This document shows positions 23,610 through 35,296 of a DNA stretch of 64,000 nucleotides, in pieces. The translations under genes were made by a program, and so were the position numbers. Under the pieces are notes generated by a model that saw only the letters and a program-made list of their open reading frames with translations, was not told where the DNA came from and did not search any database. The stretch's first letter is position 1. Each line of letters starts with the position of its first letter. The stretch lies in the NCBI RefSeq assembly GCF_006345805.1, contig NC_043016.1:17298001-17362000 (forward strand), in the 5' to 3' direction. Source of the stretch: Octopus sinensis (Eukaryota).

Positions 23610-26600
23610 GACAGGCTTCTTTCAGTTTCCATCTACCAAATTCTCTCACAAGGCGTTGGTTGGCCTAAGGCTATTGTAGAAGACACTTGCCCAAGATGCC
23701 ATGCAGTGGGACTGAACCGAGAACCATATGGCTGGAAAGCAAGCTTTTTGCCACATAACCATGCCTGTGCCTATAAATTAATAACCCATAGATTTCTTGC
23801 TAATTGTCAAATCCCTGATTCCATTTACCATAACCAAAGTCTTCTATTCTTCTTAAATGCCAGCTAATTACTCTAAAGACCATTGCTAAATAGCTGTCAA
23901 TCTTTTTTACGTCCCCTGTGTGTACAACAAGTATTGGAAAGTAAATAAATTCTAATCTACAGTTGTTCTTCTCATTTGCTCACTTGAAACACACACACAC
24001 ACACACACATGCACACACACACACACACACATACTCTCTCACTCTCTCTCTCTCTCTCTCTAATTATATCCATTGTGATCCTCTAAACTCGGCCACCTTG
24101 AAGTTGACTTATTGCTGTAATTCGAAGTTCACCTCTTAGGAACTGTAATATTTATACTTCCTCCTCTTCCACTGCTGCCACTGTCGCCGCCACCAGCGTG
24201 CTAACGATTCTGCCAGTTCTGCCACTTTCAACACAAAACTATATCAAGTTTGTTCATACTCAGCTTTAGAAGCTTTGATTGAGCAGACCTATGATCAAAA
24301 CCATTCCACTCACAGCAATCCTCTCTTGTGTTTTTAGACGTAACACATCCAGAACCACATTATTCCATATCGTTATCCCTTTTTAAGACACTAAGATATT
24401 TAGCCATTATTTCTAGCAGATTGAATTTCTACGTAAGATACGTGTTGAAGCTGTCACGGGGACATAACTCTATTAAAGAAAAACAGTTATTTCCCTTATT
24501 GTGTTCTAATCTAGGATTAGGGAGTGACTTAGCTACGCAACATTAATCCTCCCAGTTCTGATACTCTTGTGACATTACGCGTGATTCAACACCGCCTAGC
24601 CTTTTTATAGACCATCTAAAATTAGGAACAACTCACTCTAATTGCTATTATCGACTTCTGTCAATAGATTCTCATAAAATTATTTTTTCTCACGCACACT
24701 AATATAAATACCTACACATATATACACACAATCATACATAATGCATGCAACACACACATGTATGCATATATGTACACATACATTACATACATACAAATGT
24801 ACATGTGCACATATATACATACACGCATGCACACACACACACACACACACACACTTTTCTACTCTATGTACAAGGCTCGAAATTTTTGGGGAGGGGTATA
24901 GTCGATTAGATCGATCCCCAGTACGCATCTGGTATTTAATTTATCGATCCCGAAAGGATGAAAGGCAAAGTCAACCTCGGCGGAATTCAAACTCAGAACG
25001 TAAAGACAGACGAAATACTGCTAATCATTTTGCCCAGTGAGCTAATGTTTCTGCCAGCTGGCCACCTTCATACATACATATATTACATATACATACATTA
25101 TATACATGCATACAAACATGTGCACATACATACATACATGCATTCAATCATGTATACATGCATGTGTGCATGCATGCGTACATACATATATACATGCATA
25201 CAAGCATGCATATACACATTCGTGCATACATACATACATCATATACATGCATACAAACACATGTTATACACACACGCAGATACATACACACCTATCTATG
25301 TAAACTTTACCATAAACTATTGAGTCAGTCCAGTGCATAATAGTTTAATTTAAATATTTCCAAGGACCTAAAAGGTTTCACATGAAGCGCTCTGCTTTGA
25401 GTACTTGCTTAATTATAGCAGCAACGACTGTAAGCTAATGAAAAGGATAATGTAATTCCTATTCTTGTGTCATTCATTAATTGTGTATTTATTTGTTTGT
25501 TTGTGTGTGTGTGCTTGTTTGTATTTCCCCTCCTTTTTCACATGTGTTTGCCGATTGTATACAATGGCCTTGCTGTTCATGTGGTTGGTGCGGTTTGCTT
25601 GCCTTCCGTCACAAGATAATGTCTGGGCTTCTTACTCTCTTGACATGCTGCGCAATCTTTGCAAAGAAAAGACTCATTCATTCGGTGGCGTTTGCTTCCG
25701 GTTCTCTACACAATCATATCATCTGAGTTGTTTGTTATTGTTTGATAGACTGGGAAATTAACACCCCACTTGGAAACGGATAGGGGTTGGTATCAGGAAG
25801 GGCAACCCGACAGAGAAAACTTTGCCTTTAATGTGCTCTCACCTGACCCATGCAAGCATAAAAAAGTAGACCGTAGATGATGCGATGACAGTGAAAACTC
25901 TGATGACAAGGACAATGAAAATATGATGAATATTGCAGGAAATCTAAATGTATAGCAAAGGGTTGAAATTTCATTTGTTGTTATTAATGCATTTATCATT
26001 CATTTCTTTGATGGAAAACCATATTCTAAATCTCAGAATATATCTCCATTCATAACACACAAAAAAACTTATCTTACAAAATTTTATTTCTTTCAGCTGA
26101 CTTTTTTTTTTTTTTTTTGAATTTTTAGTTTCCCAAGTTTCTTTTGTCTTTCTTTCTTTATTTTTTCTTCTTCAATGATGTTTAGAAATGTTTGGTAGAT
26201 GATCAATTAAATCCATGCTATATGTCTGTATTCTCTTTCTTTAGTCGAAGGATCAGGAACCGACACTCGTAAGTATCCCTAGATATCTACAACAGTGTTG
26301 TCGAATGAAAATAATCACCTGTTAACTTTGCATTTCCGTTTTTTTTGGTTTTTGTTTTTTGTTTAACATTTGCTGCATCCACATGAATATGCTTACAAAA
26401 AAAAAAAAAGGGATTTGTATCAATGAATGTTTTTAAACATAAACCCATGCAGAAGTCCATCTTATACTTATATTCATATTTTATAAATCATTCATAGGTA
26501 GGATCAATAAAAAAAGTACTCCATCCAGGAAGAGATAAATAACATTTAATATACACAACTACAAAAGAGAGCTTCTAATAGTTTCATGCCTTAAGATACA

Positions 26601-26987
26601 TTAAATTGACAGGTTCATATAGATTCCTCAGAGCTACATAGCATGCTTTATAAATCTGACAATTTAATGTATCTTTAAGCATAAAAGTATTAGTAAATCT
26701 TTTGTAATTGTGTTTATTAGAGAGTATATATATATATAACCATGTATATATATATTGTAGACGAAATTTAATTCAATCAGTGAAGACATTGAGCTGAAGC
26801 AAAGAGTTTCCTTGCTTGATGATGCATCAATCTCATTTGTCAATCATTTTGAATCCAAAATATCTTTATATGTTTGAGTTTACACAAAGAGCACAAAGAG
26901 TATAGAACACTCTGTGCTGAAACAGATATATGTATACACACACACACATATATATGTATACATATATGTATACACACATATATGTAT

Positions 26988-27018
<31 letters not shown>

Positions 27019-30000
27019 CATACATGCATGCATACTTGCATTATCTTCTACCATTTACATATGTACATGCATGCATACACACATATATAGAAGCATGCAT
27101 ACATGCATACAAGCACATACGTGCGTACACACTCTGGGGTGGTATCCAGTTTATATACAATATGAAGTAATAAGTACAGAATAATATAAAGTGGGTAGAT
27201 GTTTGACCCTTTCATTACAGTATTTCTGTTGAGATGCTCTGTGTTTCTTTCAATTAATTTTAAATATAACAAAGAATTTAGTAAAATAACTTAGTTATCA
27301 CTAAGTTGGTTTAAGGAACATAAATTGTGACTAAGGTTTGGTGGAAGATTTTAATTAAAAACTTATGAAATCAAGACATTTGTACTCAGAGAGCCAGAGC
27401 TGGTTTCAGCCGGGTTCGTAATAAAAGGGTTAACGAACAGGATTTGTTCCCCAATTATCAACTTGCCTCTGTCACATTTGTTGTGCTGTTCTATAAAGCC
27501 ATGTAGAAAATAGTTGGATTATAATTGCTATTTAAGTCTACGTTTCTGGAGAAAAGCTTCGTTGCAAGTAACTTTGCAACACTATATCTATAATGCTGAA
27601 TGTGGTTATGGACAAAGAGAAACAATAGCCAGAAGTGAAAAGGAATGCCACAAGGTACTAAGCGTAATAGAAAGGAAACCCAGTTTGAAATAAGTCCACA
27701 ATGTAAGTCGTCGTTGTGTTGGCTTTTGTGGCAGGGTTTAAGTTCAATCCCCAGAAGAAGAAGCAATGGAAAAAAACAACAGGAGGACATCTAAGATTTT
27801 TTGACCTGGGTGGACCTGATTTCCTTAGAGTGTCAGAAGTACTGCTAACAAGTCGAAGCACCTGTTTGATGGGAGTTCTTCCTCTGAAGGTTTCCCCATC
27901 CTGCTTGCTCACCCTGTAGTGAAGTTTCCACTCACCCCAGTTTTCATTATTCTTCGTTATTGTTTCAGATAAGAGAAACATTGTATCCCAAATTCTTAAC
28001 TAAGATTTCAACGACAACATTGATTTCATTTCCTTTGTATGACAAAAATTTAATCTTCAGGAAAGTAATGCAAGGAACTGAATGCCTGATTTTGATTGAG
28101 TTAGACAAATTCTTCAAAAGCCATTACTCCAGCTGATTACAGTAATCCCTCGACTATCACGGGAGATACGTTTCAAAGCCCCCACCCCCCGCCCCCCACC
28201 GCGATAGGTGAAAATCCGCGTAGTAGAAACAGTATTGTATATATTTTTTTATTATTTTTATAATTTGTGAATATTTTAAAAATTATAGATGCAAAACAAC
28301 ACCAAAGAGGAATCGACGTAAGCGTAAATAATAGACTGCGATAGGCGAACCGCAATATGGCGGGGGAATGCTGTAAACAGTTCGATCCAAGGGAGATAAT
28401 TTAAGTTATATCAGGGCAGTTTTAGAATCAGTTATTTCAAATTTATGAAGAATTTTGGCATTTACTGAATGGGACATTTTAGAGTTGCATCGCCAACAGA
28501 GCTGAATCTTTGCCGTTGTCCACTGCAGTTGTTTCTGGAGTGGAGTTTTAGTGATGGCCACTCACCGTGTGAGTCCGTACAACATGATGCTGTTAGGAAA
28601 ACAATGTACATCCATCATAGGGTGAAGTGTATGATTAAGAAGTTTTCTTCAGAAACCATGAGATCCCAGATCGAATCCCATTGCAGGACATTTTGGACAG
28701 ATGTTTTGCCCAAGACTTAAGAATGGAAACTTGGAAGATGGAATCTGTTCAAAAGCCCACTGAATGGAAAGTACTTCCAATTGAAAAGTCCGTCCTTGTC
28801 ACTGTTACACTTAACCTGCCAGAGAATCACACAAAGGTGTACCTGCATCTGGAATACTCAGCCAGGTCACACATTAATCTAGATCAGTGGTTCTCAACTG
28901 GGTCCACATAAGATTTTGAGTGGGTTTCATGCAAGCAAAGTAGCAAATTGGGGATCTACAATAATATTTTAAGGGCCCTGAACAAATTTCACTTTAGATG
29001 TATGTATTGGTATTTTTTTTTTTTTGCAAGAAACAACTAAGTTTCTTCCTTTAACATTTTCCAGGGTTCCATCTACACTAGTGAATGTGTGAAAAACAAA
29101 ATGGGAATTTTGAAAGAAGTTTCTATAAAACTAGTTTTTAAACATGGAATGGCTATGAGGGTCCACCAGAATAAAATAGTAATCAAAGGGGTCCAGAGAT
29201 GAAAAATGGTTGGGAAGCCCTGCTTTAGATGGTCATAAAGGAAAATTCACAGGAAATCCTATTATATACTTATACACATATACATTAATACATTTGTTAA
29301 AAAGGAAAAAAAAAACCTGACAAAGTTCTTTCCTAAGTCATTTACACTTATAAAGTTGGTTTCCTAGATTCTGGGGATTTAAATATTCCCCAAATGAATG
29401 GCATTCTGGTACAATACATTGTTACTCATTTTTAACGGCTGAGTAACGTGAAATGAAGTGTCTTGTTCAAGGGCACAGTGCATTGCCTTGTCTGGGAATT
29501 GAAACCATGGTTTTACAATCATGAGTCCAGCACCCTAACCACATATCCACATGCCTCCACTTAATACAAACATGCTCATAAACACGCATGCATGCATGCA
29601 TTCATATATACGCATACAAATAGCTATATCTATTTGTCTGTCTATATATATATTTGTTCATACAAAATTCATTCATTCATGTATGTATATATATATATAT
29701 ATACAAACATAATTCTACACACATATACACATATACATAATAAGTGAGACATTGTTTCTTGGACCAGAATACAAATATTTCATTAAAAATTAGTGAGTAA
29801 AACAAGATTTATAGTCAACCATTTCAAAATTTACTTAGATTTCTATTGGTTGTAATCGGTGGAGCACTTGGTTTTATTGCCAACTGCGCAAGTGTTTGAT
29901 GGTTGTCTCCTGTCGTCCTAGAAAGATGGTTCTGCAATTCCTTGCTAAATGACCTGCAAAAATGATTCGTTTATAGTGATCAAATGTATTTGCTGTACAT

Positions 30001-31288
30001 TAAGCTCATTTCCACCATCAAATCTGACATTACCTGAACAAGTGCCCAGCACATGGTGTACCACATGTACACATGCATCAAAGTGATAGCAGAGTGAAGT
30101 GAAATGAAGTGTTTTGTTCCAGAACACAGCACATTGCCCACTTCAGGAATTGAAACCATGATCTTATGATAGAGTGTGCAACACCTGAACCACTGTCATA
30201 CACCTTCACAAACTGTATAAGTAATAATCTGGTAAAGCTAACGTTTTTAGACAATGGAGAGATCCTCTAACATGTATTCTGCAAATTTAGTCTATAAACA
30301 GTGGGAATATGCAAAATTTTTTTCTAAGATTTAGTGTAGCTGCCCACTATGGTTAGCATTTAGGTTCTTGTGGTCCAACTGCAAAGTTACATCTTTCATG
30401 GAAACAATCCTTTCTTAACTGCAAGAACTCAAAGAATTAAAAACAAACAAACAAACCATACATGCATACATATTTATGCAAACACCTTACAATCATACTC
30501 ACATGTATGCATGCACACACACACACACATTGCATGAAATAAGTTATTTCTCCATGCATTGAAAAAAGATGATATATAATTTAACTCTATAACCAGTTAT
30601 ATTGAGTGTTTGCAACTTTGATATTTGTAACTTGTTTGTGTGTGTGTATTTGTATGTGTATATTTTTCCAACTGTGTACATATATATGTGTATATGAATG
30701 TACACATATAGATGAATGTATGTGTGCATGCATGTATGTATGTGTTTTTACGGCTATATGCACTTTTGTTCTAACAACACTGGAAGCAAATGAAGATTTG
30801 ATATTTCATCTACTTACATCTTCAATTAAGAAACGTTTGCATGGCTGAAAGCATGTCTACGACAGATGCATGGCAGCAAATGGAAAGTTATACTTTCAAT
30901 GGAGAAAAGCTATGGCGCTGTTGCTTAGGTTTGTTATCTGTTTGCATGGCGATCTTCTCTGATGATGATAAATGAAGAATACTCAATATAAAACAGATAT
31001 GGAGAGGATGGATGGGAAGTTTGGATGTAGAAATGTTAGGGAGGCATGGATTGTTGGTGTTGCAGTTGTTTAATTTCAACAAGCTGCATTTTGAATATCG
31101 AATGCAATGTTTAGATTCTGAAACCCCAATGAGCCATGCCTCTGTCTGCTATGCAAACGATGATGAAGTCTCTGGTATACATTCGTTGGTTACATCTTGT
31201 GTTCATAGTCTTGTCCTGCTCTATTTTTTAAATGCAGTCTGGTTATCTGTGCTTGATGGACATAGTTTAGTGTTGAGATATGATGATG

Positions 31289-31322
<34 letters not shown>

Positions 31323-31580
31323 TAGTGGAATTATTGTGTATAATGCTCAGGTGCTCTACACCTCATCAAAGGTGTATGTACAGAACATAGAATTATGTAG
31401 AAAAGTCAGGAAAGTGAACAGTGTATGAGTCATGATATACATGTGTGCATGTGTATGGAGGGGGAAGGGAATATCAGGTGTAATGTTGGTGAATTTCAGG
31501 GATCATGGAGGTTTTAAAGGTTTTATTAATCTTGAAGGTTTTAATAATCTTGAAGTCTTGGTTCTTGACTGGTGTGGAAA

Positions 31581-31620
<40 letters not shown>

Positions 31621-33608
31621 TATGAAGAAGATAATTGCAAAAGAGACCAGCATATATTTATTAGCCTAATGAGAAACTGTAGTTCATAGATGGACTGAGG
31701 ATTAAAGGGACTACTTATAATTAGTATGATTAATTTTTAGTTTGAATTTTTAATGTCTGTTAGAAAAAAAAATTGTGAGGATAGATTTAGTTCGAGGAGA
31801 TATAGTTCTAATTAGGGATGGTCAGATTAGGAAGAAAATCCATGACAAAGTAATGCTGTAAAAAATTCATGGTTTTGTGTAGCAAGAAAGGATCTAATTA
31901 ATAATCCAGTTAGAGTTTTAAGTACTCAGTAAGGATATCAATTATCAATATGTAATTAAATGGAAGGAGAATTAACTGTAAGGTAGGTGGGTAGGGTGTA
32001 GGGTTAGGTGTGATTAGAATTAGAAGTTGAACTGCAAATATTTTGATTCAGAAATAATTTTAAAAGAGAAACTTTTAAAGAAATGGGCCTGAAATTTTAA
32101 ATTATTTAATTTGTTATTAAAGGAAAGAAATTCTAGCAAATCTGTTCTTTTGTAGAGGAAGTTTATTGCCATAAGAGCAGAGTCAAAGACATAATATATG
32201 GAAACGGTAGCAGTTAGTTTTGGTGAAGGAAAGACTAAAATCCTAAACACAGCAAGGCATCGTAATTGTCAGTTAAACCTTTTGATGCTATATTTTTGTT
32301 TTTAAATACACCCTTTGTATTTTGATTAATTAATTAAAATCACAATGGTACAGGAAAATAACTTTGTCATTATCCAGTTAGTATCTAAGGTGGTATGTTG
32401 GCAGAACCGTTAGCAAACTGGAGAAAATGCTTGGTGGCATTTTGTTCATCTCTCTATGGTTAAAGTTCCTATTCTGCCAAGTTTGACTTTGCCCTTCATC
32501 CCATTGAGATTGATAAAACAAGCACTTGTCAAGTACTGGTGTTGATGAAATCAACTGGCCCTCTTTCACAAAATTTCACACCATGTGTCTATGGTAGAAA
32601 GAATTACTGTGCTAGCATAGTTTACATGAAATTTTAATGGGAAATTTTAAGCTAGGGGACTTTAAAATGGAAAGTCTGTACCACAGAACCAATGGTAGTT
32701 TCAGGCAGGTTGGAATCAAATGAACTAAAGAGCAGATTTTATGAAAGATATACAATGCTTTAATGTTGATTCTTTATTAACATATTTAAATAAATATCTA
32801 CAGTTTCACATGAATGAATTTACGTGCATGGCTACACGCAGCTTATTCCTGTCACTGGCAAACATAACTTTCTTCTCTGAGCTGCTCAATTCACAATCAC
32901 TATATTCATTTCGTTCACCTTTTCTCTTGGACACAGCTCCATCTGGAACCAATTTAATGGCACTCATTACATGAAATAACCACATTTCTTGTGAAAATAT
33001 CACAGACATTATTCTCCGTAATATTAACTTGGATTTTGAGTTTCTTGAATGATTTTTATGATTCAAACTTTTGCTTACTGCAATGCAATGCATGGCAAGA
33101 ATTAAGTCTATTTTCGATTATGAAATTATATTGATGTAGATACATATTGCTTTATGTCTCAATGATCTCAATGTTATTTACAATAATCAATATATTTTCA
33201 TTTGTACTCAAATACTATTTGCTGTTATTTTCTAAAATTATTTTCTTTTTCCCTATAAAACTCAGAATTGAAATACACACAAACACAGACATGCATATGC
33301 ACACACGTGGACAAACACATACACATGGACACACACAAGTGCACACATACACACACACACACACACGTACACACACACATACACACACACACACACGTAC
33401 ACACACACACACGTACACACACACACACGTACACACACCACGTACACACACACACACGTACACACACACACGTACACACACACACGTACACCACACACAC
33501 GTCACACACACCACGTACACACACACACACACGTACACACACACACACGTACACACACACACGTACACACACATACACACACATGTGCACACGACAGACA
33601 GACACAGA

Positions 33609-33639
<31 letters not shown>

Positions 33640-34080
33640 CCACCCCCACACACAAGTATATTATTTACAATCCCTGGGTTGTGAGTTTTTCCCCACACAC
33701 TGTGAATGAAACATTCAGCTCTTGAGTAACTTTGCAGCTTCTACTGATTAACACTGTAAAAAAAAAAAGAAAGGTGTATACTCATGCTTTGAAATCTACA
33801 TTTCCTGTTTGTCTCACCAAACCTATGGCGGCTGTCTGCTCCTTGCAGAGCTTAACCTCTTGGTGTGCCTATAATTGCTCTTCCTCAGCTTGAGATCATA
33901 AGCGCCTTTTGGGCCCTGAAAAGTCATTTAAAGGGCTGATAACAAAACCTGCAGCAATGTCTCATTTCAGTATTGACTCCTTTTCCTGCCTGTTTTATTA
34001 TGAATATTCAAAGGCCATTTCAATCATCCACATGACTTGCAGGTTTTATATATCTGTATTAATGTGTACACATACACATA

Positions 34081-34152
<72 letters not shown>

Positions 34153-35124
34153 ACATGTTTGTAATTCAAATTAAAGTCAAACAATTGTAGGCAATGCTAA
34201 ATAATTAATAAATTAATTTATATGCATTGAATCTCTCTGTTTTCAAACTTATTACATATCTGTATATGTATATATATACTTTATTTAAAGCAGCAGAAAA
34301 TTCAACAAAACAAAACAAAATCTGTTACTCTGAGTTTCCCGTTGCCGTTCATCTAGCAAAAACTGTCCGATGAACGGCAACAGGAAACTCAGAGTAACAG
34401 GTTTTTTGAATTTTCTGCTGCTTCAAATAAAGCATATTACTCTACCACTGGTATTTGAGTACCCTTTTTTCCACCTTGTTTCACATTTATGTGTTTACTC
34501 CGGTATATATATATATAGATACGCACACACACATATATGTATACTTATATATGTATATATACACACACACATTTATATATACATACACATATATATATAT
34601 ACATCAATACATACACAAATATATGTGTGTGTATATATATGTGTATATAGACTGAGACTTAGTCCCTGCTTGCTTTGTGAGATGCATACAAAAGTAAGCT
34701 TTTTGCCATTCTGTTTGACCTATTGCAGTTTTCTCTGACCCAGTTGAACAAGCCTTCATGCAATTGTCGTTTTTCCTGGAATGGTCAGCACTGGTTGATC
34801 TCTTTCTGGCTTCCTTCATTTGGTCTTCACATCAATGCAGTCTTTGCATACAAGGTGACCAGTAGGTGCAAAATGTGACCGTCAACAGTTGGGACTCGGG
34901 ATTTATTGTGTGGAAGGATTAACTTATATCTAATATATATATATAAGTATATGTATGTATCATCATGTATATATATATATATATATATATAGCTGTAGAA
35001 ACACTGCCAGATCTGACTGGCCTGGTGCAGCCTTCGGGCTCCCCAGACCCCAGTTGAACCGTCCAACCCATGCTAGCATGGAAAGCGGACATTAAACGAT
35101 GATGATGATGATGATGATATATAT

Positions 35125-35185
<61 letters not shown>

Positions 35186-35262
35186 GTCTTTCAAAGACTG
35201 ACCAGCAGCAAAGATATCAACAAATTTTTTCTTCTTTCTCTATTTCTTCTTCCTTTCAGATA

Positions 35263-35296
<34 letters not shown>

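Noticed and set aside
25540-25790. CpG-containing segment with a signal-peptide-like ORF (MALLFMWLV...) upstream of microexon 1, a possible internal promoter
   Set aside because: No credible phase-1 donor to link it to nidogen.
27480-28140. Coding-looking unique stretch with splice-like signals on both strands
   Set aside because: No acceptor/donor pair is compatible with phase 1-1, frames close quickly and there is no recognisable domain.
33147-33725. His/Thr- and Cys/Val-rich ORFs up to 192 aa (similar ORFs at many CA/TA runs)
   Set aside because: Dinucleotide repeat artefacts.
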